This document shows, piece after piece, positions 12,996 to 26,399 of a stretch of 64,000 bases of DNA. Every line of letters begins with the position of its first letter. Positions within the stretch are counted from its first letter, which is position 1. The notes under the pieces are model-generated. The model was given only the letters and a program-made list of their open reading frames with translations, made no database searches and was not told the origin of the DNA. A program made the position numbers and the translations under genes. Source of the DNA: Dicyema japonicum (Eukaryota > Animalia > Dicyemida); NCBI GenBank assembly GCA_011109175.1, contig RDEW01000015.1, positions 832,868 through 896,867 of the forward strand, in the 5' to 3' direction.

Positions 12996-14416
12996 ATGTA
13001 TTTTCTGGTGTTGTTTTATTTTCTCCATGGTATTGATTTTCACTCTATATAAAAAATAGATTTAAAATCTGTGAAATTGAATTATAATACAAATTATATC
13101 AAAATCAAAGAGACCTTTGTAGCAACTTGTTCATCAGATGTGGGTGAACCATACTGGGAATTTAATGAGAGAAAATTAAAATCGGAAAATGGATATACGC
13201 TAATTCGTGAAGGCAATAAACACATTTTGTTCATTTTTGAAACAAAACGAGAAATGCTAGGAGAATACAAATGCTATGATAATGATTCTTTTGATCGTTT
13301 TACACTACGGGAATACGGTTGATCTATATTTTTTCATTTTAGATGAGGCAATAAAATTTATTGGCTGCTATGACGTAGATCTCGTTGTCGGCCTAGAAAA
13401 AGCAAAGATTTCCTGTAAAATTGAAGTGGGCAAAGAACTGACTTACAAAGTGTTGACTTTGAAGAATGGCGTATTGATTGGTTTATATTTTGGTGAATTT
13501 TAGATAATTCTAAAAAACTGGCTCTATTCAAATGGGGATTAATCCTCAGTGATGTAGCCGAAGAGGATGATGGAATATACGAGTTTATCGTGATTACTAG
13601 TAATTTTATCCTAAAGTCTCATAATTTAACTATCACTGTTAATGGTATCCCATTTTATTAATTTCCCGCAGCACCCCCAAGAGTATATTTTCAGGGGCGG
13701 ACAATTGGAAAAATGGTAAAAAATGTGATAAACTGCACTGCCATCTCTGTTGCAGACCTTGATATTAATTTCTTAGGAGTGAAAATTATTAGCGTTCAAT
13801 TTGTTTATTTATTTTAGAATCCGAAGTGAGTATGTTTGCTCCGATTTTTATAACAAGGGTAGAAAATGCTCAAGTTTTTTGACAATTACTCCACAAACAA
13901 ACGGGCACTATTTCCTAACCTGTACAGCGACTAATAAATATTTAAATAATACTGCTATTGAGCTTTTTGATGTCATTGGTAAGTCAAATTTAATCAATAA
14001 GATGCTCCCCCGACTCCAAAGGCGGTGTTCATAAAGCAACGTATTTTAACTTGGGAAGACAGCCCGGTATACAGCGACAATCCAATGGATCCCAATTATA
14101 TTACAAATTTTAAATTGGAACTAAGTGTAGAATTTTATCTTAGCTAAAGTCTGGTACCAAAAAATTCAGCTTTAATTTACCATCGGATTCAAGAAAAATC
14201 GAATTTGAAAATTTGCATGTTAATCATGGCTTCTACGTCTTGACTCTCACTGCTTTAAACGGGTTTATTGCTTCTAATGAAGTCAATTTAATAGTTCACT
14301 ACACTGTTCGTTTTTTTATTTTTACTTTAGGATAGTACTTCAGTTTAATTAGTTATTTGACGCTTTTTGGCTTTCTTTTGGTTTTCTTTAAACATTTAGT
14401 ATTTCATATTAAATAA
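12996..14416 (+). CDS. Ig-superfamily surface protein: signal peptide, about 3 Ig-like domains, one FN3, hydrophobic C-terminus
   Basis: Spliced with micro-introns (e.g. 13030-13059, 13979-14001). Ig motifs C..W..GEYKC and DDGIYEF; FN3 DAPPTP..W..Y.LTLTALNG. One junction (about 13790-13820) and the last exon are not cleanly resolved. Confidence 0.7.
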
Positions 14417-14479
14417 GAATTCTTGGTGGAAATTATAATAATGATTAATTAGTCTGAAATTTGAGCTGATGGCGGAGTT

Positions 14480-14800
14480 CTAGTCAGCTATTACATAAAT
14501 CTATTACGGGGGTCACCAGACTTTTCATGAAATGATCTACCACAGTTTGTCTAAGTATTATTGATCCATGTGAGTGCATCGAGGTAAATTTCAAGTTACC
14601 ATTTTCTACCCACAAGTTGACCACATTAAAGTGCACCACGGCACGGATGAAGGTGGCACAAGTCGATCCCAAGACGAATGGATTTCCGATTTCGGAGGGC
14701 GTCCTGTTCTAGAAAAAACCAATTGAAGATGATGGAAACGCTTTCAGCCAAGCACTGGTGAGGAGGTCGATTGAGTAGTCTTGTACGAAGTGTTGACCCA
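14480..14800 (-). mobile_element. CRE-clade RT remnant
   Basis: SEIGNPFVLGST resembles the CRE RT motif GGIRPIAVGST; highly decayed. Confidence 0.4.
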
Positions 14801-15600
14801 GTTCCTCAATCTGTGTGGATCAAAATATGTTTCTTGGACAACTCTCCATTTTATTGAATTTATATATCAAGCTGTTGTCATAAGCACTTGAATTTTTTAT
14901 CAAAGATTAAGATTAATGAAGTCGCATCAATATGATAAACTCAATGTCATTCAACCGCATGATTAACATCATCGGTATAGTTCATATAGAAAACTGGGTT
15001 AGACATTTATTTAAACCCAAAATGTCATTTATTCGCCATATTGTCAAAGTTTATATTCGCCTCTCTCTCTAAGTCGAGGCTATCCATACAATATATCTTA
15101 CTGAACAGTAATTTTTTTGCGAAACCACAATTCGTTCAATTCCTTGTTATCAAATGTTTAAAACTATGCTCCAGAACTCAATTTTATGGCAAAAATCAAC
15201 TACACTTCAATATAAATTATTGATTTTCAACTTCTTTAAGTGAGAGACTAGTCGCTGGTATTTTCTAACATTGTTTTGATGCTGAAGATATCATTGTTAC
15301 TTCAGTGTCAAATCACATGAAAAAAAATTGGCCCCCCAATCAACCTGATAAACTTTGCTGTGCTGGGGTCAAGTATGCCTGACGAGGTCGGCTGAAAGGC
15401 TAACAGATCCCTAATGGTACAGTATTTCCTCTGTTTCAAATCTTCGGGAGTACTTGCTGTGGAACCCGCGCACAACGAAAACTTGAGTAGATTCACGTTT
15501 GATAAATATCGTGAATGTTGAGTCCGAGGCAAAAGGCCCTTCTAGAAGATTGCGATCATGATGGGTAACTACCATTGAGTGCTCAATGGCTGCAGCTGAT

Positions 15601-16200
15601 TATTATCATTACTCCCAGGATCACTGGATTAGAGAAAAAAATAAAAGTTTTTATCTAACTAAGTAATCCCAGACCGACAAATGAGTGGACGAGTCCGGCG
15701 GAATCGAGAATCCTGAATAGCTCTTCTCATTGGACATAGCATCGGCTCAAAATTTCTGTATGATTGTAGATACTTCGATAGTGTATGGAATAGAGGGCAG
15801 CTCGGTAAAATAGCCTCCTTTAAAAGTTTCCGTTGTAATTCGATTAAGAAATTTTCAATGGGCTGAATTTTGTGTTCTGGTACAATTAACCTTATTGCAG
15901 TCTCCTCGATTGCAGATAGTTTCAATGAGGAGGATCGTGAAATCTGCATTGCCCATGAAGGACTTGCATACGTCATCGTTGGTCAAATAAATTGTTCATA
16001 AATCGTGGCAAGGACACCAGTTTGGTCTCTAAGTGTTTTTGAGAGCACTTTTAAAATTCTCATTTTCTTCAAAGCAGAAGTTACTTTGTTCTCAACATGT
16101 CGGATAAAGGTGAGTCCCTGATCAAAGGTGACTCCCAAATCTTCGGTGTTTGTTAATAGGAATAGCCTCGTTCTTCATAAAGATTTTTGGTTTGATAAAA
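15601..16200 (-). mobile_element. I/jockey-type LINE 3' fragment
   Basis: TYASPSW..KLSAIEETAIR C-terminal motif. The 3' UTR is shared with copies at 49840-50030 and 54897-54999 and ends in a (TAA)-like tail. Confidence 0.75.
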
Positions 16201-16799
16201 AGCTGTCTTTTGAAGTGGTAAACAGCTGGATGATAGCACTGGTTGACAGAGGACTTTGTTGCTGATGTGTCGAGCCTTAAAATAGTAACTAATTAAGATA
16301 AATTTTAATCGTTTGGAAAAAAATATAGTATTAAAATATCAAAGCTCAAGTAAATTTGTTTCAAGTTAAATGAAGTTTGAGCCGACTATAATTTTTTTAA
16401 TCTCCAAAGATTATTTTCTTTTCTACCTAAAATTTATCACAGGTATTATAATTTACGGATCACGAGCAAAATCCAGTCCACTTGAAGATTTTTTCTCAAA
16501 ATTTCTTTTAATTGCCACGTTTTCTATACGGACAATAGATCCACGTGAACGCTGCTGACTATTTGCTCGCCATCTTGAGAGGGAATAACCACGCATTCAG
16601 GGCTGCCGCAGTATGACTTTTTTGTCTATTTTGACTTTAAAATTCAAGAAAATTAAGAAAAAAGCTGAACTTACGTAGATTGAACGGATGCCTACGCGAT
16701 TTGATGAAAAGTTGGTTCACAAAAAAAGCTAGACTCGCTTTTGTGAGATATTGAAGACCTTGCTCGCAGAAAAAATGCTGGTATTTTGAAAAAAAAATT

Positions 16800-17300
16800 T
16801 CGCACTGTCAATAATGTTATAATTTATTATAGTTAATCAGTAATATTTATTAAAAGATCCTTGACCTTGGTGAAGGTTTACCATATGCTCTATATTCGGG
16901 ATTCTACTCTTATCTCCTCTTTTGCAGATACTCAAAATGTAACGCTTCTTCAGCATCATGTGGTTAAGTTTTCTGTTCAATACAATATTCATGGCAAAGA
17001 CGAACGTATTTCTATTTCGTTTAATTTTATAGATTATCGCAACCAAATTGTATCTGTGTTAAATACAAAGATAAATATCGCATTTTGGAATTTTTGTTTA
17101 AAAATTCATAAATAAAATTATTTGCCGACATGGCTATTGCGTCATCAATTGCAGACTATGTTATGAGTTTTTTAAATATGATTTGAATTCGTTACAAATT
17201 GAAAATTTTGTTGTGTCGATTGTAATGATTTTAAAAGTAACAATTAAGGACATATCGTCAATTCTTGATAGCATTGTATCATTACTGAATGGAATAGTTT
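16800..17300 (-). mobile_element. Possible hAT transposase remnant
   Basis: Broken reading DDAIAMSA..KIPKCDIYLC..HRYNLV resembles hAT YDGA..MSG..P.A.Y.HC..H.LNL. Confidence 0.3.
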
Positions 17301-17389
17301 TTAGTAATTTTGAAGATACCTTTGGATCACTGGATTTTAAATAAATTTAAAAATATAAATAATTCTTATTTATTTTATTTCTTAACAGG

Positions 17390-17800
17390 TTAGTTAGTTA
17401 AGTAACCCCAGCCTCACTAAGTTGTAGGTGGCAAGTAGCTATTAAATAGGACGCAGATGTTGGTCGCTTCCATAGATCGGTCAGTCCCGGCATTGTAGAC
17501 GAACGTTGTGCCAATTCATGACATTCAAATAGGTGATTCGTTGTCAACACGTGGAGGTTGCAAAAGGGACAGAGGATGTCGTATGTTGACAGATAGGGGT
17601 GGTGCCCACATCGTAGACGAGCCAGGTTTTCTAGGACGTCCCTCGGAAGAGAGGATTCTGATTGGTCTATTGGAGGAGGGGACCAGTGTAGTATTTTATT
17701 ATCTTCGAGTCTTCGGATGCTTCTCGTAGAAACAAAATCGTGCATATGTTTCAGACGACTCCTGTCATTGGGGCTGGAAGGGATGGATGATAGCACTGGT
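17390..17800 (-). mobile_element. LINE C-terminal zinc-knuckle fragment with (TAAC)n tail
   Basis: PPPI..SESSLPR..LARLRCG..CPFC..HLFEC..DLW..P, ending in taactaactaac. Confidence 0.8.
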
Positions 17801-17862
17801 TGTCATAATAATTTTCCTTTTGTTTTGCGTTTGCATAGAGAGTGGCAGGTGATGGTCTAGGC

Positions 17863-19648
17863 CAGCGTTTCCCAACCTTTTTTTCTATGGGGACCCTAAA
17901 TTCAAAAAACTTTCTGGGGACCCTAATTTTTTTAATAATGACAATGAAGTTTATTTTTAAACTACAAAATTAATGTGACTTCTGATCTTGCACATTTGTA
18001 ATAAGATTTGAAATGTTTGGTCTTTTGTCACTCAAAGCAACGCGCACATCGTCTTCAGCACGAAGGCGATTCCTATACCGGGTTTTCAAATATGCGAGAT
18101 GCAACATCGCACTTTCACATAAATATGTTGTCTTGAATGGTATCAACTTTTTAGTGGAAGGCAGCTTAGAGATGGAAAGCTGCTATTTAAATTACACCAA
18201 AATGTCATCAATGGTTTTCTTTTAAATAATGTTAGTGCCTCCGTGAAGTTTTGAATTCAATCAAGGATTCGTCAAATTTGAGATCATCAGTTTCAACGAC
18301 CACAGTTAAAAATAAATTTATAATCCAGTCGTTAACCGGATTGGGAATTGGAAAATAATTTTCGAAAGTAGTACTTAAATTTTCCAGGTTTTGATCGATC
18401 ATTAAAAATTGAAAGATCTGGGAAATCATTTCCCGTATAATTCAAGCAAAGGAAACATTGCAATAATAGATTTAGAAATATTCTTTTTACACAAAACAAT
18501 TTTATAATTAATTGCGACGATCTTTTCATTAACGAGAATTGAGCATACATTTTTACCTAATAATTTTAGTGTTAAAATACCTTGCATTGATAAGTTAAAT
18601 CGTTAAAATGCTGAAAATGTCTGCAAGATAAAATAATTAGCTTTAAAATCAGGGATTTAAGCAATTTGTATACATTTTGATATCCATGGTCATTAAAAAA
18701 ACAATATAGAATCATACAACTCCACAATTCCTGTTAGAGCTCTTCATTTCGAAAGCCATCTTACCTATTGTGGAACAGTAAAATAGAATGTTCTGAACAA
18801 AGTTCTTACATATTGAAAAATTCTACGATTCAATGCCCGTGAACGAATAATATTAATTATTTTTATAATTTGTTCAAAAACATCATCCTGTGGCAATGCG
18901 TTTAAAGCAAAGAATATCTATGAAGTACGCAATGATTCGTTTGTACTAGAGGATTAACTTTTTGATATGAGAGACAAATCCTGACCGATAACCAAGCATT
19001 GAAGGAGCTCTGTCCGACATATTGGACCAACTTTACTCCATTCAATTTTATTTAATTTCATGAAACTATCCACGACATCAAAAACATCTTGACCACGTCT
19101 TCTACCTGAAAGTTCCAGACAAAAAAGAAAATTCTCAATTGCATTGTCGTTTTCGACAAAACAAGCATACAAAACCAGCTGACAAACGCATGTTATATCA
19201 GTTGATTCATCAAACTGGAGACTTATGGGGAACTTTCTTTAATACGGTTTACTGTCTGGGTCAAAATATCACCAGACATATCTTGAAAATATGATAGAGG
19301 CGATTGGAACAGTACCCCTGCGAAACTCGAGTATGCGGACCCCGCCCATATCGGAAATGCGCAAGAACGCAGTCGGAACACCGAGAAAAAATGCGAAAAC
19401 TGTTGAGGAAAGCCAGGATCACTGAATTTGTTTATTTTGGATTTGACGGTGGTTTTGTGGTTCAATAAAAATAATAATAATAAATAAAATATAAATGTTA
19501 TAGTTTTAATATAATATAAAAAATATTAGACTCGGTTATTTATCCGTCTTTAATTATTCCTATGATAATGAGCTCCTCGAGGACAATCGCCCCCCTGATC
19601 AGAAAAATCGCTCAAAATGGGCGATTCGCCCCTCGTTGAGAACCACTG
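17863..19648 (-). mobile_element. hAT/Buster-type (ZBED5/FAM200-like) DNA transposon, decayed, with a LINE tail inserted near 19225-19490
   Basis: Ends cagcgtttcccaac / gttgagaaccactg. 8-bp TA-centred TSD gtctaggc (17855-17862) / atctaggc (19649-19656). Minus strand reads LQFDESTD..QL..ENFLFCLEL and a YLCES..RNRL dimerisation tail. Confidence 0.9.
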
Positions 19649-19699
19649 ATCTAGGCAATCTTTTTGGATTATAAATAAAATAACCCCATAAGATGCAAG

Positions 19700-20340
19700 A
19701 AGAGTAGCCTTATTCTTTGAAACATTGGAAGTGACGAAATTTTTGGTATAGCGTCATATTTTTTTGCCTTTGGCATGAAAACTGATTAGACGTGAGTTTG
19801 ACATTTGGGTGAACAATTTTTTGCTAAATTTGACATATAAATCAAACCAACAACGCTTCAGAATCCGGCATGAGAACGTGATATAACTTTCCGCTTGGCT
19901 TGATTCATTTTTTCCTTAAACCCGAAAATAAACTCAGATTAAACAAAAAATTTAATGCGTATCAGTTATAAATTAGTCATATTTTTATAATTCGGCTTCT
20001 ATGCACTGACATTCTTTCGCCTCCTTCCTTATCCTTTATTGTAAACATCACATTTTTGCATGATTCAATTTTTATCTTTTTATCTTTGTAGAGATTTGAT
20101 CGTGAATTGGAAATATTCTTTATTTTGATTACCGTCATTATCTTGTCGCATAAAAACTTTATCTTTTATTTATATATCCTCTTCGTCAAATTTCCCTCTT
20201 TTTGTCTTTTTGATGCTGATTTTTTAATATTTACAGATACCTAGATACGACACTATATACTTCATTTCTCGTGATAGCATGAATTTTGAATTATCAAACT
20301 AATCTTCAGACTCCTCAAATGTGATATTCTTCGAGTAGGT
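19700..20340 (-). mobile_element. Ginger/gypsy-type integrase remnant
   Basis: DKVFMRQDNDGN..VHRSRIIK C-terminal motif resembles the equivalent region of the 53737-55080 element. No ends identified. Confidence 0.4.
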
Positions 20341-20396
20341 ATTTAACCTATTGTTGACAGAAGTGAAACTTCCCTACGGGGGAAGTTCGAGTCGAT

Positions 20397-20660
20397 TTGT
20401 TGCGTCTACCTTTAGGTCACCATATGAATTTACATTCGTATCTGTACAGTATAGGACAATCGTCATCTCCACTATGCCAATCATGCTTACTTGACGACCA
20501 CAAGAAGGGTCACCTCTTGTCCTGTCCGGGTCAACCTCCTAGTTTTGTACAGAACAAAATATACCCGTCGAATCACTGGGAGCATCCGCTCATAACCGTA
20601 ACGTTTTTGAAACCACAGGTATCAATCGAAGACACTGAGTAAATAAATAAATTTAAACGG
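20397..20660 (+). mobile_element. LINE C-terminal zinc-knuckle fragment
   Basis: LRLPLGH..LHSYL..CQSC..HLLSCP..WEHP followed by a (TAAA)n tail. Confidence 0.75.
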
Positions 20661-20779
20661 ACAATATTAATCATCTTAAATGATTCTTAGAAATAAATAA
20701 AAATAAAATTATTTGTTTTTAAAAAAATTATTCATTTTTTCAAAATTTCTGGGTTAATTAGTATTCATAATTTATATTA

Positions 20780-22467
20780 ATGGTGAAAATGTATTTTAAA
20801 TATAATTTCAGCCTAGTCTGCGGTAAAGTTGATGGTGAATTCGAACGTTTATTTGAAAGAGTAAACGAAATCAATGCCAGGTCTAAATTTGATGTATCAA
20901 AAAATTGATTATTACAGCTTCTCATCTGTATAGGCGACTTTTTTAGTCCATGCAAACAATTAAATAATTTTGACCCCAGTATAGGTTCTACTATTTTCTA
21001 AATTTAGTGAATATTGACACTTATATTTTTTGCCCTCGTAAACCACCGATTTTCCCCAATTCATCCAAAATCAAATATATTCACAAATCACAATTTTGTG
21101 ATCTTCCTGATGGACTGGTACTTGCATTCAAAGAAGATTCGACAGATCTTCCTATGAAAGATGTTGATATCCTCATAACACCAATTGGCCTAGTTGTGTG
21201 CTTAGATTTCTCGAGAATAGCGATGAAGTCATAGTATTCGTTCTAGCAAATGCAAGAATTATCATTTAGAGTATAACGTCAAATACGGTTGTCATGACGC
21301 GGCGAATGCTGTCCACATGTTGAAACCCAGGTATCATTTCGCAATGAACCGAATTCCAGACTTCAGTTGTCGCGTATCGTATGAAAGGCCCCCTTTTAGG
21401 TTTAATGTCATTTAATTTTTCAGAATTACTAATTCAATGGGAATTGAAATGATGTCTCGTTTTATATCAATTGTCAATGTGGGAATCATTAATTTTGATG
21501 TTTCCCCCCGTTGTAATGTCTAGTGGTTGTATGCGTACTCAATTAAACCGGTTAAATTCTCTAGTCCAGAAGAACTACTTCCCAATGTAGATTATACTGA
21601 GAATCCGTACATTGAACAGTTTCGGAATGACCAATGTGGAGACAAAAAACTCATAAAGAAGTCTCAGGACAAATTCCAATTAATATCTGGCATGCATGAA
21701 GAATTAACCCAAAGTACACTTGTATGTCATTTTAGAAACCGAGGACGAGTGTTCCTTTTGTCTTGGGTCTTCAAACGTTGAAAAACATCTCATCATAGAA
21801 GTATTAGATCGCGTATTTTTTTCAATCAATTATTACTAGTGCTACCTGGCTTTAGCAAAGGGCGGCATTGATCCTCACACTTGGTAATATTACCAAAAGA
21901 CCACATACATTCATTCGTTTTTTAGATTCCGAAACGAAAGATGATTTCAATAGGTTCCTAGATTTATCATTGTAGAATTAAACATCAGATCAGCCAGTTT
22001 TATGCTCAACGTGAATTAGTTCCTTTTATTTTTGAGTGTACTTTTCTCAGTTGTCATCTCCAAGTGCAGGTTTTGCCGATCTTATTTTAGGTCGTCGGAA
22101 TTCCATTCGACGTAGCCGATTGTATTGTAGAGGCTTTGCATTCTTATGCTCATAGTCTTTGTTTGATTGCATCTGAGTTGTCTTCTAGGGATGATCTCTT
22201 CGAGGTTTAGCTGTTTTCTTAGAATATAGCTTGCTAGTTCTAATCAGCCTTATTTTTATGCAGAGATTGGCACAGTAGGAAGGTATTTTATTCCATTGAA
22301 CAATGTTAACACCTTTCCTAGTAATTTCGGAAGGTACTTTTTGTAGTTTTTGTAGGAAGATCGTATGTGAAGTACTTAGATGCGGTAATCGTGCAAATTG
22401 GAGAGTCTGTATTCTCGACGAGGATGATGAAAAGGCTTATGTCGGACAGTTTAAAAAAGCGTTCTAA
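20780..22467 (+). CDS. CWF19L1: CWF19-like protein 1 (spliceosome-associated; metallophosphatase-like plus CwfJ domains), multi-intron, 3 frame breaks in this assembly
   Basis: Spliced translation: LVCG.V.G.F..LF.RV, LLICIGDFF, VDILIT.NWP, LKPRYHFA, YERPPF, CSFCLGSSNVEKHLI, CYLALAKGG, HLQVQVVGIP, FP..FGR, NWR.C. Micro-introns such as 20791-20811 and 20894-20917. One base is missing near each of 21183, 21881 and 21920. Confidence 0.9.
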
Positions 22468-22849
22468 CCTTTTTAGTTTGGTTGAAATAATTTAATCTCT
22501 CTTTATCGACTCTAAAATAAATTAAAAGTGTTCAAGAATAATTCATGCCATCGCATCCGGCCGTGCTATAATTTCCGTGCAAAATATTAAGTTTTAAAAT
22601 CTCACAACCATTGTTTAGTCACTGAGTAAAAATCGATTTTTTAATTTTGGATAATATTCGATTTAAATCAGTGATTCCCAACCTGGGTTCTGGGGAACCG
22701 TGGTAAGGTTTTCGATGAATCGAGGTCGGACTATAACTGTTACCGGTTGAATCCGATCCGTTAAAAATGAAAAATAAAAAATTGGAGATTTTTAATTAAA
22801 CTTTTTGGTACTCAATTTAACGGCACGATACAATTTTGGAAGATTGTTT

Positions 22850-23290
22850 GTACTCTACCCATCGTGTACAACTATGTTCACAACTCCTAGGGAAACCTTC
22901 CAGCCTTGTCCATTGTCAATACTTTATTCCTTTCTCCTCTGGAGTCCCAAAAGAGATCCACTATGCCTGGTTCCTCTGAAAGTGTTGTACTTTACTCCTC
23001 TGAGAGTGTGGTACTTGGATTTGACCATAGGCGATCATCCTGATAATGTGTTGGATTGTTTGAAAAGTAGAGATTCTGGACGCATAAACCTCTCTATTTC
23101 TGCTGAGAAACGCCTTGTTAGAAAAAAGTTAAGCTACGTTCTTTAGGTGGCACCTAGTTACCTGAAAATGCTATAGCTAAAAAAGATCGATTCTCTCTTC
23201 CGGACCACTACTGAACGTCTTACGAAATTTAATTTTGACGACCAAGGGTGGGACCAAGCAACCTTACCCGTTTGCATTAGTAGGACTGAA
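22850..23290 (+). mobile_element. CRE-clade RT remnant
   Basis: SSGV..RDPL, WYLDLTIGD and W.QATLP motifs. Confidence 0.7.
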
Positions 23291-23849
23291 AATCCTCTCA
23301 TCTTACGGATGAACTATCTTTTAAAACAATTTTTGGTGAAAAGCGACAAAAAAATTTTACCAGCGACAAAAAATTTTACGAAGACTATAACAAGTTTTTG
23401 ACCAAGTTTAATATGTGAGATATTTTTAATTGTGATGAAACTTGAAATTTCATTAAAAATAATTCAAAAAAACCATTTGTTACTAAAGATGAAAATTGTT
23501 TTAGTAAAAATCTGTAAAAAAATATCAGCTCTTTTTTACCTCAAGATCACCGGATTCGAAAAGTTAAAAGTTAACTACTAACTAAGTGGTCCCGTTTTCC
23601 GGGTTCTGGCTCTCGTTCGGGGTCCTTGAAGATCCAACAGAATAAGTAAAAACGGGGACGGTCTCATTCTCCATAGATTCCCCGTATTTTCTAGATAGTC
23701 AGATATAGAGAGTGAAACCGGACAGCCGGTTTTCATTGCCCACTGTAGAAATGACTTCACTCTCCACCTTAGATGCTGCGTAAAGAAAAGATATCAGCCC
23801 TTCTATAGTATTAAAGGTTTAAAGTTAAAGGAAAATAAATTTGGATATT

Positions 23850-24450
23850 TTTATAAAATTAATTGAACGTTTTTATCGATGGATGCAATTATAAGGTCAT
23901 CGGCGTATGATAGAAGGAGCTCTGAGTCATTGGAATGTCCATGAGATTAAAAAGTGAGGGTAAAAGAACAGATCTCTGAGGAACACCGCTGGGGGTATAG
24001 TGAGATTGGGACATATGGAAATGAAAACATGTTTGAACTAGTTTTCTGGAAAGGAAATTTGTGAACCAAGACCGCCGAACTTAGGGATATTTTATGAACT
24101 AAGAGGAGGAAGAATTCTTGTTGTTTTGAGAACGGTGATAATTTTAGATTTCTTCCTTAACAGTTATAAAACATTCGTTGATTGAGAACTCATAAATGGT
24201 TTTGAGAGTATGGAGTACGTTATGTCCGAGGTGTTTCAAGTGGAGGATACATGAGCAATCACGACCTTTGGCAGTAGAGTTGCGCTTATTTTGAATCAGT
24301 AGAGTTGCGTGAACTCGGATGTGACCCCTCGAACCTCGTGGTGGTTGGACTCTCTTAGTTCGAATATTTTTGGACATTGGAATGTGACTGATCTTGAAAT
24401 GATAGGTCATTAAGTCGTTTTCCTGAAGACCAAAGTCTTTAGTTCGGTTG
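23850..24450 (-). mobile_element. LINE RT remnant
   Basis: IPQRCSS..LSYADDLII on the minus strand, with stops and frameshifts. Confidence 0.6.
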
Positions 24451-24876
24451 ATATCATAAAGTGCCGCATTATTAGAGGAGTCAAAATCAATTTGACTGAC
24501 CTGAATATTTTAAATAAATCTTAAAAATTTTTGAGGTTTGATTTTTGTTAAAGATGGGATATAAATTCGCTCCACTTTTCATTCTTAACTTTAGATATCA
24601 ACAAGCTTATTCAGTTTTCATGTGGGTCACTATCTTCTGGAGAAAACTGCCTACATTTGTAGCGAACAGACCCAACTTATTTCCTTTACCAAGCAAATGC
24701 CAAATAGTTTGCTTGGTAGTGGCTAAGGGAGGAGTTATTCGATAAAAATACTTTAGTTATTTAATATACAAAATAAATCTTTTCAATTAAAATAAAATAA
24801 TTAAATATTAACATTAAATCATTAAAACAGTTGCTGGTTTGATATTTGCTTTATTTTTTGGATTATTTAGATTACA

Positions 24877-25538
24877 ATGGAACAAAACTATTATAAAATA
24901 TTAGGATTAGAAGTTGGAGCATCAAAATTTGAAATCAAGAGAGCGTAATTTTTGCAATAATTTTAATAGATACCACTTGAAAGCAATTAAATCTCATCCC
25001 GACAAAAATCGTCACAGCAAAGAAGCCGAAGAGGAATTTAAGGCTATTTCTATAGCATACCAAGTTTTATCAAATGGTTTATATTTTCTTTTAACAAATA
25101 GATGAACTATGTGACAAATATCATCGCTTTGGGGACATTGATTTGAAAATGAAAGCCGAATTATCAACCCATTTCGGCTTTTCGAAATGTTTTTCAAACA
25201 TCCGTCTGATGAAGCCACTTCGACTAAAGCGTATATATTTTTCTAATTTGTTACATAGTCGTAGAATAAGCCACATACGTCCTAGAGCTAATTTTGGATT
25301 TGGATTTCCTCCTTCAAAGGACTACCATGATTATTCATCAAATGTAACACAAACGATAATTAATGGTAAAGTTGTTGAAACTCTTAGGTTTTATTATTTT
25401 TGAATGTATTTTAGAGTCATTGAAGACGAGAGGGAAACAATCACTACAACCGAAGATGGAATTGTCACCTCGTACATTATTGATGGCGTTGAACGGATCG
25501 GCCATAGTCTTAACTCAATTAAACATTTCTTTGAGTAA
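24877..25538 (+). CDS. Class B J-domain co-chaperone (DNAJB6/B2-like), 4 micro-introns, one frame break
   Basis: NYYKILG..IKRAY..HPDKN..EEEFKAISIAYQVLSND; INPFRLFEMFF; C-terminus TIINGKVVETLRVIED..EDG..IIDG. One base is missing at about 25142-25162. Confidence 0.85.
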
Positions 25539-26099
25539 TTGTTGTTATTTTAATTTTAACTGTGACTGTGAAATTAGGAAATTACATAACATTAGCATTG
25601 TTAGTTACTTTAATGCCACATAGGGTTCAATATGTTAAAAAAATTAGGTTAAGAGTGAGGTTTTTTGACTTCTATTTTCTAACTAAACGTGTTGTCGACC
25701 CAGGTTCTTTTTCATAAACGTCATGTCTGTTTGGATGTCCCGATTGCAATGATGATGTTTTCGGTCTCATTAATAAGATATTATCTGTTTTCCGGTGTAG
25801 GGAGGTCATTAAGTTTAAAAGAAAGGGTACAATAACTACTAGCTATTATGCGCTAGACGTTACATATCGATTTTTATTAAAAATACAAGTTTTAAGACAA
25901 ATTTTTGACTTATTTTTGGTTTTCACAATCCAGGAAGCAGTACATTTTTTAGAGATAAGGATAAACTTTTATCTCAGCACCAAAATTAATTTTTCCAGAA
26001 GATCGATTTATTTATGCAAAGATCTAGCCTGCATAAATTAGCATTTTTGAATTTGAGTGTTCAACCTTCGGAATATCACACATAACACAATTAAATAAA

Positions 26100-26260
26100 A
26101 GGGAAATTAAGACAGACCCCCTGTCCTTCATCCACACAAGTGACCTTACTTTCAACACTTAAATTCAATAGAGTCTATAACAACTCAGTATGCCACACAC
26201 TATCAAAAACCTTTGATATTTCTAGACATACGGCCATAAGATATTCTTTTTTTAGCAACA
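26100..26260 (-). mobile_element. Jockey-type RT fragment
   Basis: CLEISKVFDSVWHTELL..QGSVL. Confidence 0.6.
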
Positions 26261-26399
26261 CATATAAAATTCTATAATACTGAAAAACAATCTACAGTCT
26301 TTCTATTAGGGCGGAAACTCCACTGATCATGGAGAAATTTTTTTTTATCTTCAATATACTTTGGGGCCTATACGATTATGTATGCCGGAATTCTTTCGA

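Noticed and set aside
15365-15411. Hammerhead-like sequence (GGGGTC..CTGACGA-G-hairpin with GAAA loop..AGATCCC)
   Set aside because: The required GAAA after stem II is AGAT and stem I cannot pair; it also fails an HDV-like fold. At most a decayed relic.
22441-22490. TAA and TAG inside a plausible CWF19L1 tail (AF*PF*FG), suggesting stop-codon reassignment
   Set aside because: ALG5, the RGS gene and the traced DCTN1 exons have no in-frame TAA/TAG over many codons, and several genes end at TAA.
24841-24879. Acceptor-like AG just upstream of the ATG in several genes (possible spliced-leader trans-splice sites)
   Set aside because: An AG within about 20 nt is expected by chance roughly 60% of the time at this base composition, and MTPAP, NACA and the prodomain gene lack it. 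It needs 5' RACE.
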